64,000 nt of DNA from an uncultured Candidatus Binatia bacterium (lineage in GTDB: Bacteria > Desulfobacterota > Binatia > Bin18). Under the pieces are notes generated by a model. That model saw only the letters and a list, made by a program, of their open reading frames with translations. It ran no database searches and had not been told where the DNA came from. Of this stretch, positions 18,520-29,074 are shown piece after piece. Within the stretch, counting starts at the first letter, position 1. The number at the start of each line of letters is the position of its first letter. A program made the translations under genes and the position numbers. Where the stretch lies: contig OZ243961.1 of NCBI GenBank assembly GCA_965214605.1, forward strand, positions 2,528,001-2,592,000, given 5' to 3'.

Positions 18520-20964
18520 CTAATGGTACATCTCAACTAGGTCAATCATGCCGCACCGTTTGAGCTCCTTGAACAGCCGTCCTTTGACCTGCTGGACCGT
18601 TTCCATCCGGACCGCCTCTTGGGTCAAACGACGTGCCGATCTGGCCGACAACGAGCGCAGGACCCGTTTGATGACCGGCACAAAGAAGGGTTTCATGCTG
18701 AGTTCGTCGAGTCCCATTCCCAGCAGCAACAGCGTACACAGCGGATCGGCCGCCATCTCGCCACACAGGCTGACCCGCTTGCCAGCCTGCTTAGCCGCCT
18801 GGACGGTGGTGTAAACGGCCTTGAGCACGGCCGGGTGCAGGGGCTCGTAGAGAGGCGCAACTTTTGGGTTGTTCCGATCAACGGCTAAGACGTACTGAAT
18901 CAGGTCATTCGTCCCAATACTAAAAAAGTCGACATCCTGGACTAGCCGTTCAGCCATCAATACGGCGGCCGGAACCTCAACCATCATGCCAATCGGCATA
19001 GTGGCGTCAAACGCCTGCCCCTCTTTGTGCAGTTCCTCTTTGGCCTGGGCGAAGAGTTCTTTGACCTGATTCAGTTCTTCAAGACTCGAGATCATGGGAA
19101 ACAAGACCCGCACTGGTCCGTGTGCCCCCGTGCGCAGAATAGCCCGGAGCTGGACTTTAAAGAGCTCGTGCATCTCGAGCGAGATGCGGATCGAGCGCCA
19201 GCCCAAAAACGGATTGTCCTCCTGGGGCAGGCGCAGATACGAGGGGTATTTGTCGGGTCCGAGGTCAAGCGTCCGAATCGTCACAGGCCAGCCGTCCATG
19301 CTCTTGAGCACGCGCCGGTAGAGGGAAAACTGTTCCTCTTCGCTCGGAAAATCGTGATAGGTCAGAAACGGCACCTCGGTCCGGTACAGACCGATCCCCT
19401 CGGCTCCGTGGCGTTTGGCGAACACGGTGTCGCTCAGCAACCCAACGTTCGCTCCGAGGCTGATCCGCACCCCATCCCGCGTTTCGGCCGGCAGGTCGTG
19501 CAGGTCTTTGAGGTCACGCGTAAACGCCCGATACTCCCGATTGAGCCGGCCATACTCACGCATGACGTCGCTGCCCGGATTGAGATACACCACCCCGGAG
19601 TTGCCATCGACGATCAGCGTGTCAGCCGGTTGGATCAACTCGGTGTGATACACCCCGACGATGGTCGGAATCTCGAACGACTTGGCCAGGATAGCCGCGT
19701 GCGAAGTGGCCCCCCCACTGGCCAGCACGACGCCTTTGAGCCGCGTGTGGTCAACCCGACACAAGTCCGAGAGCGTCACCTCATCGGCCACCAGGACAAA
19801 GTTCTCGCCCTGTGGCCCTTCGCGTTCTTCGAGGCCCAACAAGTGACGCAGCACCCGTTGGCCGATGTCGCGCAAATCGGCCGTCCGGTCCTGTAAATGT
19901 GCATCGCCAACATGGCCGAGCGCCTCGATATACTCCTCGATAACTTTTTTGAACGCGGTTTCCGCGGCCGCGCCCTGCTTGATCAACTCCTCGACCTTAT
20001 CGATCAGGCTCGGATCTTCCAACATCAGACGGTGGGCATCAAAGATCGCCCGGTCGATCTCCGGTAAACGTTCGTGCACCTGTTCTTTGAGCGCCTCAAT
20101 CTCTTCGACCGAACGCTGGAGGGCGCGGTGAAACTGTCGGAGCTCAGCCTGAGGATCGTCCGTCTGGCGCTCGGCCAGAGCGTCGAAATGGATTTCGGGA
20201 TGAACCAGGTAGGCTTGACCGGTGCCAAAGCCGGGCGACGCACCAACCCCGGTCAAACGCATGCGTCTGATCTGAGCCTGGGCGCTGGCCTGTTTCTCGT
20301 GCGCCGGCTCGGGAGCGCTCAGGCGCTCTAGGGCCTTGCGCATCTGCATCCGATACGCCCGATGTTCACGCTCCTTTGTCTTGAGCGTCTCTGACAGCTG
20401 GGCCTGAATAATAATCGCGCTGACGTGCGAGGAGATGGTTCTGAGCAAGCGAATTTCGCTCCGCGTGAAGCGCCGCCGGCTGCGGCTCTGCACCACGAGA
20501 ACCCCGATCGGCTTGTCGTGTTCGAGCAGCGGCAGACCGAGAAACGAGTGAAAGCGATCTTCGCCGGTCTCGGGAAAATATTTATTGCGCGGATGGGTCA
20601 TGGCGTCAGGCACCATAACCGGCTCTAGCGTTTCAATGACCAGACCGGCTAAGCCCTCGGTCTTGCGCATCTGGACCTTGCCAACCGCGTCCTGATTAAG
20701 ACCGGTCGTTGCCCACAGAGTCAACCAGCGGTTTTTTTGACCCAGCAGGTAGAGCGAGCACACATCGGTTGCCATACGCTGGGCGATCACCTGGGTCACC
20801 TCTGCAAGCGTTCGCTTGAGGTCATGCGAGCTGGCGATTAGGGCCCCAATATCCTCGATCAGTCGGAGATCACGCCCAGGACTCGGCTGGGCAACAGAAC
20901 GAGCAGGCGGCCGAGTCTTGGATGTTCGGCGCGGGCGAGTCGTCTTTTTGGAAGCTCCAGCCAT
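18520..20964 (-). CDS. ptsP: GAF-containing phosphoenolpyruvate-protein phosphotransferase (EI-Ntr)
   Basis: N-terminal GAF domain (YFPETGED), GGATSHAAILA phospho-His, GIGLYRTE, SIGTNDLIQY, SLCGEMA. Confidence 0.93.
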   Translation of the reverse strand: MAGASKKTTRPRRTSKTRPPARSVAQPSPGRDLRLIEDIGALIASSHDLKRTLAEVTQVIAQRMATDVCSLYLLGQKNRWLTLWATTGLNQDAVGKVQMRKTEGLAGLVIETLEPVMVPDAMTHPRNKYFPETGEDRFHSFLGLPLLEHDKPIGVLVVQSRSRRRFTRSEIRLLRTISSHVSAIIIQAQLSETLKTKEREHRAYRMQMRKALERLSAPEPAHEKQASAQAQIRRMRLTGVGASPGFGTGQAYLVHPEIHFDALAERQTDDPQAELRQFHRALQRSVEEIEALKEQVHERLPEIDRAIFDAHRLMLEDPSLIDKVEELIKQGAAAETAFKKVIEEYIEALGHVGDAHLQDRTADLRDIGQRVLRHLLGLEEREGPQGENFVLVADEVTLSDLCRVDHTRLKGVVLASGGATSHAAILAKSFEIPTIVGVYHTELIQPADTLIVDGNSGVVYLNPGSDVMREYGRLNREYRAFTRDLKDLHDLPAETRDGVRISLGANVGLLSDTVFAKRHGAEGIGLYRTEVPFLTYHDFPSEEEQFSLYRRVLKSMDGWPVTIRTLDLGPDKYPSYLRLPQEDNPFLGWRSIRISLEMHELFKVQLRAILRTGAHGPVRVLFPMISSLEELNQVKELFAQAKEELHKEGQAFDATMPIGMMVEVPAAVLMAERLVQDVDFFSIGTNDLIQYVLAVDRNNPKVAPLYEPLHPAVLKAVYTTVQAAKQAGKRVSLCGEMAADPLCTLLLLGMGLDELSMKPFFVPVIKRVLRSLSARSARRLTQEAVRMETVQQVKGRLFKELKRCGMIDLVEMYH

Positions 20965-21036
20965 GGGAAATTGGATACTGGCTAACTATCATAGCTCAGA
21001 CCAGATGCAGCGACAAGCTTAGCGAGGGCGGCCTTA

Positions 21037-21828
21037 TTACCCGATCCAGCCGGCCCGGTGGTTCAGAGGAGCATGACCACGACCGATGCGAAACCCGGCG
21101 GTCATGGCCTGGGTGACAAAGGTTTTGGCCGCAGCAACAGCATCGGCAACCGACCGGCCCTTGGCCAGGCCGGCGGTGAGGGCGGCAGAAAAGGTACACC
21201 CGGCGCCATGGGTGCAGACCGTATCCAGCTTTTGTGAGGTATAGACACGGAAGCTGTGGCCGTCGAACAGCACATCGCACGCCTCGTGTTCTAAATGCCC
21301 ACCTTTGACAACGACATAGGTCGGGCCGAGCGCAATGATGCGGCGGGCGGCTTCTTCCATACTCGCGCGGTCGGTCACCTCAAAGCCAGCCAGCAGTCCG
21401 GCCTCGTGCAGATTGGGCGTCACGATCAGGGCCAGGGGTAAGAGATGGTCGATCAGCGCCTGTCTCGCCTCTTCTTGTAACAGCGGATGGCCACCTTTGG
21501 CGACCATGACAGGGTCGACGACAAGCTGGCGGATCTGATACTCGGCAATTTTTTTGCTGACGGTCATGACCAGGGGAAGCGACGAGAGCATGCCCGTCTT
21601 GGCCGCCTGGATGTCAATATCGGACAGAACACTATCAAACTGTTGGCCCACAAAGTCGGGCGGCAGTTCACTCACGGCCTGGACACCCTGGGTGTTCTGG
21701 GCGGTGACGGCCGTAAGAACACTCGTCCCATAGACACCAAGGGCAAAGAAGGTCTTGAGGTCGGCCTGAATACCAGCCCCAGCCCCGCTATCAGAACCGG
21801 CGATGGTCAACGCTTTGGCGATAGCCAT
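21037..21828 (-). CDS. thiD: hydroxymethylpyrimidine/phosphomethylpyrimidine kinase
   Basis: LTIAGSDSGAGAGIQADLK, DPVMVAK, VKGGH, THGAGCT. Confidence 0.95.
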   Translation of the reverse strand: MAIAKALTIAGSDSGAGAGIQADLKTFFALGVYGTSVLTAVTAQNTQGVQAVSELPPDFVGQQFDSVLSDIDIQAAKTGMLSSLPLVMTVSKKIAEYQIRQLVVDPVMVAKGGHPLLQEEARQALIDHLLPLALIVTPNLHEAGLLAGFEVTDRASMEEAARRIIALGPTYVVVKGGHLEHEACDVLFDGHSFRVYTSQKLDTVCTHGAGCTFSAALTAGLAKGRSVADAVAAAKTFVTQAMTAGFRIGRGHAPLNHRAGWIG

Positions 21829-21831
21829 AGT

Positions 21832-22512
21832 TCATTCGGGGAAGGCTCTGAATCGGCCACTGTTGAGTCCCTGGCCAGCCGAGAAACGACCGGCCTGTAA
21901 TTCGACGATCAGTTCACGGGTGGTTGTGACCGGCTTTTCAAGGACCGTCACGGCGCATCCGATCGACGAGTGAGAATGGCTATCACTGCCCCCCACCCCT
22001 TTCATGCCCAGGTGCTCGGCAACGGCGTGGGCGTACAGATTCTCTTGCTCAGAACAGGCCCCGTTGACGATCTCAATTGCGTCCACATACTGCAAGACTT
22101 CCAGCGCCTTGACTCCCGACATGGGATCATCGACATCAATCGCCGGAGTTTTATGAATGAACTGAAAACGGGGATCAAGCTTGTACCGAAACGGATGGTT
22201 GGCAATCAGAAATCCGTCCACATCATCAATCACCCGGCGCAACTCTTTGAGCTTATAGATGCCGCCGACATAGCGGTCGAGGCCAAAGGCGCCAACGTGG
22301 CCCCACTCGGTCGAAACTTCAATGCCCAAAAACAGCGTCACGCCGCGCTCCTCGGCATAGTCGCCGATTTCCGGATCGCTCCACGCGTTGTCATGTTCGG
22401 TAATACAGATGCCTTCGAGCCCGATTTTCTGAGCCTGGTCGATCATGGCTAAGGGGTCCAGATTGCTATCGGCACTGCCTCGAGTCGTATGGGTATGGAA
22501 ATCAATGCGCAT
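21832..22512 (-). CDS. PHP domain metal-dependent phosphoesterase
   Basis: DFHTHT, ITEHD, NHPFR and GGSDSH motifs. Confidence 0.88.
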   Translation of the reverse strand: MRIDFHTHTTRGSADSNLDPLAMIDQAQKIGLEGICITEHDNAWSDPEIGDYAEERGVTLFLGIEVSTEWGHVGAFGLDRYVGGIYKLKELRRVIDDVDGFLIANHPFRYKLDPRFQFIHKTPAIDVDDPMSGVKALEVLQYVDAIEIVNGACSEQENLYAHAVAEHLGMKGVGGSDSHSHSSIGCAVTVLEKPVTTTRELIVELQAGRFSAGQGLNSGRFRAFPE

Positions 22513-22695
22513 CCCGCCTCTGTCTCCTTAGTTAACACTCTCCACGCTGTCCTAGCGCAAGGTCCTGTATAGCGTTTTCATACCCGCGGGGCAAGTTGTT
22601 CTCAGGGGAGACAGCCGCGGGCACGGGCCACTTTTTTACTTTGCTCCAGGGGCAGCCTGTGCTAGAGTTCGCTCAGAGGACAGGAGGACAACAGT

Positions 22696-23907
22696 ATGGT
22701 GATGCCACTAGAAGGAATTCGCGTGCTTGATTGGACAATCTGGCAACAGGGACCGGTCTCAACCATGATGCTGGGCGATCTGGGGGCGGAGGTCATTAAG
22801 ATTGAAGAGCGGGTCGGCGGCGATCCGGGCCGGGGGGTGATGAGCATCGCCGGGACCGGGATGTCGGGGCAGCGCAACTACTACTTTGAGGCTAACAATA
22901 AGCATAAAAAAAGCCTGACCCTGGACCTCAAAAAACCCGAGGCCAAACAGATTGTGTATAAACTGACGGAACAGTCCGACGTCTTTGTCCAGAACTTTCG
23001 CCAGGGCGTGGCGGCCAGGCTTGGCCTCGACTACCAGACCCTGTCTCACTATAACTCGACCCTCATCTACGCAAGCGCCAGCGGCTACGGCCCCCTTGGT
23101 CCGGATTCCGGCGAGCCGTCGTTTGACGCTATGGGTCTGGCCCGCTCGGGCATTATGAACGCCATTGGTGAGCCGGATATGGAACCGCTGAGTATTGCCG
23201 GCGGCGTGGCCGACCAGATGGGGGCGATCATGCTGGCCTCCGGGGTCATTACAGCCCTGCTGGTCCGGGAACGACACGGGATCGGTCAAGAGGTCGATAC
23301 CTCACACCTAGGAAGTATGATGGCGGTGCAGGGACTCAACCTGGCCTGTCGCCTCACCCTGGGCAAGGAGTTCCGCCGCTCCGAGCGGTCCCGCGCCTCA
23401 AACCCCCTCTATAATCACTATCGGTGTGGCGATGAGAAGTGGCTCTGTCTGGCCATGATTCAGGCCGATCGGTACTGGCCGGACTTCTGCAAAGCCCTTG
23501 GCGTAGCGGAGCTAGAGCACGATCCGCGCTTTGCCACCATGCGTGAGCGGGGCAAAAACAGCCAAGCCCTGATCCAGATTCTGGACGAGCGCTTTGCCGC
23601 TAAGTCGCGCGGCGAGTGGATGGCGATCCTCAAGGAAGGCGGGGACTTTATCTATACCGTGGTCAATACGGTCAATGACCTACCCGACGATCCTCAGATG
23701 ATTGCCAACGACTACGTGGTTCCGTATGAGCATCCGACCTGGGGTTCGACCAAAGTCGTGGGCGTGCCGGTACGCTTCAGCAAAACACCCGGTGATGCCC
23801 GAGCGGCCGCCCCCGAGTTTGGCCAGCACACCGAGCAGATTCTGATTGACATGCTGGGCTACTCGTGGGAAGACATTGGCCGACTCAAAGAAGAAGAAGT
23901 GATTTAG
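22696..23907 (+). CDS. CaiB/BaiF family III CoA-transferase
   Basis: PLEGIRVLD, GDLGAEVIKIE, N-x-x-KKSLTLDLK, APEFGQHT. Confidence 0.92.
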   Translation: MVMPLEGIRVLDWTIWQQGPVSTMMLGDLGAEVIKIEERVGGDPGRGVMSIAGTGMSGQRNYYFEANNKHKKSLTLDLKKPEAKQIVYKLTEQSDVFVQNFRQGVAARLGLDYQTLSHYNSTLIYASASGYGPLGPDSGEPSFDAMGLARSGIMNAIGEPDMEPLSIAGGVADQMGAIMLASGVITALLVRERHGIGQEVDTSHLGSMMAVQGLNLACRLTLGKEFRRSERSRASNPLYNHYRCGDEKWLCLAMIQADRYWPDFCKALGVAELEHDPRFATMRERGKNSQALIQILDERFAAKSRGEWMAILKEGGDFIYTVVNTVNDLPDDPQMIANDYVVPYEHPTWGSTKVVGVPVRFSKTPGDARAAAPEFGQHTEQILIDMLGYSWEDIGRLKEEEVI

Positions 23908-23956
23908 CCAAGCAGGCGGTCAGCCGACCGTTCTGTTTTCCAAAGGAGGGAAGACC

Positions 23957-25174
23957 ATGGCTATGCCATTAGACGGTGTTCGCATTATCGACTGGACGAT
24001 TTTCCAGCAGGGGCCGGTGGCGACGATGATGCTCGGCGACCTGGGCGCGGAGGTCATTAAGATCGAAGAGCGGATCGGCGGTGACCCAGGCCGAGGGGTG
24101 ATGAGTATTGCCGGGGCCATGATCGGCACGAGCGAGGGCCACAACTTCTATTTTGAGGCCAATAATCGTCACAAGCAGAGCCTCACGCTTGATCTCAAAA
24201 AACCCGAGGCCAGAGAAATTGTTTACAAACTAGTGGAGAAGTCCGACGTCTTTGTCCAAAATTTCCGCCAGGGCGTGGCGGGTCGGTTGGGCCTTGATTA
24301 TAAGACCCTGTCCGAGTACAACCCCAAGCTCATCTATGCCAGCGCCACGGGCTACGGGCCGTTTGGGCCGGACTCTGCCGAGCCGTCGTTTGACTATATG
24401 GGGCTGGCCCGCTCGGGCGTTATGAATGCGGCCGGCGAGCCCGATATGCCGCCGCTCAATATCACCGGCGGAATTGCGGACCAGATGGGCGCAATTATGC
24501 TGGCCTACGCGATTCTGGCCGCCCTGATGGCGCGCGATAAATATGGCGTCGGCCAAGAGGTCGACACCTCACATCTGGGCAGTATGACGGCCCTGCAGGG
24601 CCTGAACGTTGCCTGTCAGACGATTTTGAACGCGGAGTTCAAACGCATGCCGCGCGCGGCGGCGCCCAGCGCCCTGTGGAATCACTACCGGTGTGGAGAC
24701 GGGAAGTGGATCTGCCTGGCCATGGCCCAGCAAGACCGCTATTGGACGGACTTCTGCGCTGCTTTGGGGATCTCCGAGATCGCCACCGACCCGCGCTTTG
24801 ACACCATGGCTAGGCGGGCAGAAAACGCCGCCGAACTCGTCCCGATTATCGACAAAGTCTTTGCCTCCAAACCACGCGACCACTGGATGAAGGTCCTCAA
24901 GGAGGGCGGGGATTTTATCTACACCGTAGTCAACAGTATCTCCGACCTGCCACGTGACCCACAGATGACCGCGAACGACTACGTGGTCGACTACGATCAT
25001 CCAAGCTGGGGCTCGACCAAGATTGTGGGCATACCGTTTCGGCTCAGCAAGACGCCTGGCAATCCTAAGGCGCCGGCACCCGAGTTCGGGCAGCACACCG
25101 AGACGATTCTGACCGAACTGCTGGGCTATTCGTGGAAGAAAGTGGCCGAATTTAGAGAAACCGAAGTCATCTAG
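23957..25174 (+). CDS. CaiB/BaiF family III CoA-transferase (tandem paralog)
   Basis: Same motifs and highly similar to the upstream gene; RBS AGGAGG. Confidence 0.92.
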   Translation: MAMPLDGVRIIDWTIFQQGPVATMMLGDLGAEVIKIEERIGGDPGRGVMSIAGAMIGTSEGHNFYFEANNRHKQSLTLDLKKPEAREIVYKLVEKSDVFVQNFRQGVAGRLGLDYKTLSEYNPKLIYASATGYGPFGPDSAEPSFDYMGLARSGVMNAAGEPDMPPLNITGGIADQMGAIMLAYAILAALMARDKYGVGQEVDTSHLGSMTALQGLNVACQTILNAEFKRMPRAAAPSALWNHYRCGDGKWICLAMAQQDRYWTDFCAALGISEIATDPRFDTMARRAENAAELVPIIDKVFASKPRDHWMKVLKEGGDFIYTVVNSISDLPRDPQMTANDYVVDYDHPSWGSTKIVGIPFRLSKTPGNPKAPAPEFGQHTETILTELLGYSWKKVAEFRETEVI

Positions 25175-25244
25175 AGCACGGCCGACCGGGAATGGAGGCG
25201 GAGCACTCCCGTCCCCCCGCCCCCGGTCTGGTAGACACATCATC

Positions 25245-26168
25245 GTGACGCACTGTTTTAGCCTCAGCCCCCGCCCCCCTTACTCCTTCTCCCTCACCCT
25301 TGGACGTCTTTCCCGTTTTCGCGATGAGATTGTCGATCGGCTCGAAGACGGGCGCTACGAGCGGCTGCTGTCAGCTAACGGCCACCTCGCCCTGGCAACG
25401 GTAACCGACGTCGGAACGCTGACCCAACCGCTCCTCCACGTTGAACTTCACGGACCGAAAAAGACCGATCTGGCTCAGCCCGAGTTCGCAGCACAGCTGC
25501 GTCATATCCTGGCCACCGATCTTCCCCTTAGGCCCTTTTATCGTCTGGCCCGCCAGGATGAGATCCTGGCCCCTCTGGTCAAGCCTTTTCGGGGGCTCAA
25601 ACCAGCCGCGTCTCCGAGTCTCTTTGAGGCGTTGGTGATGGGGGTGCTCTCCCAACAGGTCAACCTGACGTTTGCCTTTTCTATTAAACGAGAATTGGTT
25701 GAAACGTTTGGCCGCCGGTGGAGGACCAAGGGTCGGGCGCACTGGGGATTTCCCGAGCCCGAGCATTTGGCCAAGGAGTCGCCCGAAAGCCTGCGGCGGT
25801 TTCGCTTAAGCCGAGCCAAAGCCGAGACGCTGGTCCGTTTGGGCCAGGCCTTTGCGTCGGGAGAGTTCAGCCAAGCCGCGCTCGCCAGGTTGGCCGACGA
25901 AGAGCTAGTCGAACACCTCACTCGGCTGAAAGGCATTGGCCGCTGGACGGCGGAAATTGCCCTAATGCGCGGCCTAGCCCGGCCGGATGCGTTCCCCGGC
26001 GGTGACTTGGGGGTGGTCAAATATGTGGCCCAGGGCTTGCTGGGCAAAACACAAAAAGCGACCGAGGCCGAAATGCGGGCGTTTGCCGAACGCTGGCGAC
26101 CGTACCGTGGGCTGGCCTTGGTGTACTGTTATGCGGCGCTGGAGCACAAACGCACCAGCTCAGCGTAG
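25245..26168 (+). CDS. alkA: DNA-3-methyladenine glycosylase II
   Basis: FEALV...QQV, HhH motif LKGIGRWTAE, DAFPGGDLG, WRPYRG. Confidence 0.85.
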   Translation: MTHCFSLSPRPPYSFSLTLGRLSRFRDEIVDRLEDGRYERLLSANGHLALATVTDVGTLTQPLLHVELHGPKKTDLAQPEFAAQLRHILATDLPLRPFYRLARQDEILAPLVKPFRGLKPAASPSLFEALVMGVLSQQVNLTFAFSIKRELVETFGRRWRTKGRAHWGFPEPEHLAKESPESLRRFRLSRAKAETLVRLGQAFASGEFSQAALARLADEELVEHLTRLKGIGRWTAEIALMRGLARPDAFPGGDLGVVKYVAQGLLGKTQKATEAEMRAFAERWRPYRGLALVYCYAALEHKRTSSA

Positions 26169-26185
26169 TCCCCTCCCCACGTACG

Positions 26186-27538
26186 TCAGGCTGCCAGCGC
26201 GTCACACACGACCGGCATCCCCTCAGACGGCGCAAAAGTAATTCCACGCCGGATCAGACGCACCCGACGACCCGGGGCGGCCCGCAGGCTGGCTCGGGAC
26301 AGCACCTGAGCCAGGACAATTTTCATCTCATACAGCGCAAAGGCAGCGCCGATGCAGTGGCGAATCCCGCCACCGAACGGAAAGAATTCGCAGGGGCTGA
26401 CTCGCTTGGCCAAGAACCGGTCTGGATTAAAGAGGTGCGGTTCAGACCAGATATCCGGGTGATGATGGGCGAGATAGATACACGGGGCGACCACCACGCC
26501 TGCCGGGAGGTCTTGGCCGCCGAGGCCGAGCGGTTCGTATAACAAACGTCCAGTAATCGGTAAAATCGGATAGACGCGTTGGGTTTCTTTAATCGTAGCG
26601 TCCAGATATTCGAGCTGCGGGATATGGCGCGGCTCGACCGGCCCGGAGCCGACAACGGCTCGGTGCTCGGCCCGGAGTTTGTCCATTACCTCGGGTCGGT
26701 CCAGAATACAGTGGAAGGTCCAGGCCAGGGACGTTGCCGTGGTCTCATGACCGGCAACCAGCATCGTCATCATCTCGTCACGCAGTTCCTCATCGCTCAT
26801 CGGCTGGCCGTCCTCATCGCGCGCTTCGACCAACAGCGATAGGATATCTTCGCGCTCTGCCCCGCCCTGTTGACGACGCTGGACGATCTGGGCGTACAGG
26901 AGGTCGTCGATTTCCTGCAGGAGCTGAACAATTTGCTGGCCTTTGGTAAAAAAGCCGACCAGGTGCTGAAACCACGGAAACGGAATCATGTGTATGGGAT
27001 TGGCCCCCAGCGTCAGCAGATCGGCCAGGCATTTTCGTAGCCGCCCCTGCTCCGCCCCCTCGTCCACCCCAAAGACGGTTCGCAGAATCACATCCAGGGT
27101 AATCTCCTGCATACACGTATGGATGGGAAAGGCCCGACCGGTCGGCCAGCTGTCGAGGTTGCGATCGGTGATCTCGCGCATGATCCGGCCATAGGCGTGC
27201 ATCCGCTCGCCATGAAAAGACGGGGCCATGAGCCGCCGGTGGTGCGTATGCCGTGTGCCGTCGAGCAACAACAGGGAATGTTGGCCGACTAGGGGCCGTA
27301 AGATCTCGCGTGTTTTGCCGGCCGGGAGCTGTTGCGGGTCGCTGGTGAATATCTCCTTGATCGCCTCGGGCGTGCTAAACATCACAAACGGCGGATTCCC
27401 AGGCAGACGCATCGTAAAACAATCGCCGTAACGGTGGGCACAGTCGTGCATGAACGGAACTGGGCGAAAGATCCAATGCAGCAGTTGGACGATGGCGGGC
27501 GACTGTGGGCCGGCGGGAAGCGTGTGGGGAGCCGTCAT
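26186..27538 (-). CDS. cytochrome P450
   Basis: AGHETTA I-helix, ETQR (ExxR), PDRF, FGGGIRHCIG heme Cys; start placed at MTAPH. Confidence 0.95.
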   Translation of the reverse strand: MTAPHTLPAGPQSPAIVQLLHWIFRPVPFMHDCAHRYGDCFTMRLPGNPPFVMFSTPEAIKEIFTSDPQQLPAGKTREILRPLVGQHSLLLLDGTRHTHHRRLMAPSFHGERMHAYGRIMREITDRNLDSWPTGRAFPIHTCMQEITLDVILRTVFGVDEGAEQGRLRKCLADLLTLGANPIHMIPFPWFQHLVGFFTKGQQIVQLLQEIDDLLYAQIVQRRQQGGAEREDILSLLVEARDEDGQPMSDEELRDEMMTMLVAGHETTATSLAWTFHCILDRPEVMDKLRAEHRAVVGSGPVEPRHIPQLEYLDATIKETQRVYPILPITGRLLYEPLGLGGQDLPAGVVVAPCIYLAHHHPDIWSEPHLFNPDRFLAKRVSPCEFFPFGGGIRHCIGAAFALYEMKIVLAQVLSRASLRAAPGRRVRLIRRGITFAPSEGMPVVCDALAA

Positions 27539-27581
27539 GAAGTCCAGGGTAAGGAACCGGGCAGGACGAAGCAAGCCCGGC

Positions 27582-28784
27582 TCAGATGACGCCCTGCTCC
27601 CGCAGCGTCTGAATCTCACTCTTGGCCAGGCCGAGCAGCCGGCCGTAGATCAGGTCATTGTGCTGGCCGAGACCCGGACTCGGAGAATCAATCGGCGGGT
27701 GCTCGTCGTTGAGCCGCCAGGGAGATCCCAGAACGGCCATCCGTCCGGCTTGGGGGTGCTCGATGTCCTGCAGCATGCCGCGCTCACGGATATGAGGGTC
27801 GGTCAGCAACTCTTCGACCTCCTTAACCGCCCCGCACGTGATATCGGCCGCCCCACAGCGGTTCATCACTTCTTGTTTGGGAAGCGAGCGCGTCCACTGG
27901 CTGACCACCGCGTTCACTGCATCGGTCCGTTTCCGGCGGGCCGCGTTGGTGGCAAAATGCGGGTCCTTAGCCAACTCCTCGCGTCCCATCAGACGACACA
28001 AGGCCCGCCAGCGGTGGTCATCGGCACACAGCAACAACACGTGGCCATCCCGGGCGGGATAACAGTCGTAGGGCACAAAGGCATTATTCGGTGCCGTATT
28101 CCCAGGCCGTCGGTATTTTTTGCCGCCGTGGGCGATATAGCTCGAGATCTGGGTCGTCAAAGGAGCTAGTGCCGCTTCGAACAGCGAGGTTTCAACAAAG
28201 ACGCCCTGCCCGGTCCGGTCACGCTGATGGAGGGCCGCCAGAATGCCGGTTGCCAGATGAATCCCCCCCAGCATGTCCAGGATCGGCGGTCCGGCTTTGA
28301 GCGGGGGACCGTCTGCAAAACCGGTCGTGCTCATCACCCCGACCATGGCCTGGATAATGGGATCAAAGGCGGGGAAGCTACTGTAGGGCCCGCTGCGTCC
28401 ATAGCCGGTGCTGGAAGCGTAGATCACCTGTGGGTTTTTTTCCTTCAAAACCTGATAGCCCAGGCCAAGCTTCTCCATGACTCCGACCGCAAAGTTCTCG
28501 ACCACAACGTCAACGTGGGCCACGAGTTCCTGAAACAGATCCTTTCCGCGCGGCGTTTTGAGGTCAAGGGTAATCCCTTTTTTATTCGAATTGAGCATCA
28601 CAAACGGAAAGCTCTCCCGATTGGTATTTGGGATAGGAAAGATTGTCCGTGCCCGCTCTCCTTTGCGCGGCGGTTCGAGTTTGATCACTTCCGCGCCCAA
28701 GAAGCCCAGGACCAGGGTCGAATAGGGACCGTTGTAGAAGTGTGTCAGATCGAGAATACGAATATCATCCAGAGGCCGGACCAT
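27582..28784 (-). CDS. CaiB/BaiF family III CoA-transferase
   Basis: PLDDIRILDL, LNSNKKGITLDLK, SPGLGQHN. Confidence 0.92.
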   Translation of the reverse strand: MVRPLDDIRILDLTHFYNGPYSTLVLGFLGAEVIKLEPPRKGERARTIFPIPNTNRESFPFVMLNSNKKGITLDLKTPRGKDLFQELVAHVDVVVENFAVGVMEKLGLGYQVLKEKNPQVIYASSTGYGRSGPYSSFPAFDPIIQAMVGVMSTTGFADGPPLKAGPPILDMLGGIHLATGILAALHQRDRTGQGVFVETSLFEAALAPLTTQISSYIAHGGKKYRRPGNTAPNNAFVPYDCYPARDGHVLLLCADDHRWRALCRLMGREELAKDPHFATNAARRKRTDAVNAVVSQWTRSLPKQEVMNRCGAADITCGAVKEVEELLTDPHIRERGMLQDIEHPQAGRMAVLGSPWRLNDEHPPIDSPSPGLGQHNDLIYGRLLGLAKSEIQTLREQGVI

Positions 28785-29040
28785 GTTCCCCTCCTCCTAC
28801 AGCACTCGGCTCCCAGCTATCAGTCGCGACACAAAAAGACAAGGAAAAAGAACAGGGCCTGCCACCCCGCCCGACAACTCCTCTTGTCCGCCCATAGCTG
28901 TGCGCAACGCGAATCGGGAAGTCGTCATGGGGAGGAGACACTTTGGTCGGACATTATGTTTACGGACTCACCGCCCGGCAATATTTTATCGCCCCCCTTC
29001 TGAGACGCCCTTCCTGTGGGACTCGGGAGGACCTGCGTTT

Positions 29041-29069
29041 TTGCGCCTCCCTAACCCCTCCGATACAAT
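29041..29069 (+). promoter_or_regulatory. putative sigma70-type promoter upstream of the ORF-free structured region
   Basis: TTGCGC (29041-46), 17 nt spacer, TACAAT (29064-69). Confidence 0.55.
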
Positions 29070-29074
29070 TGGTC

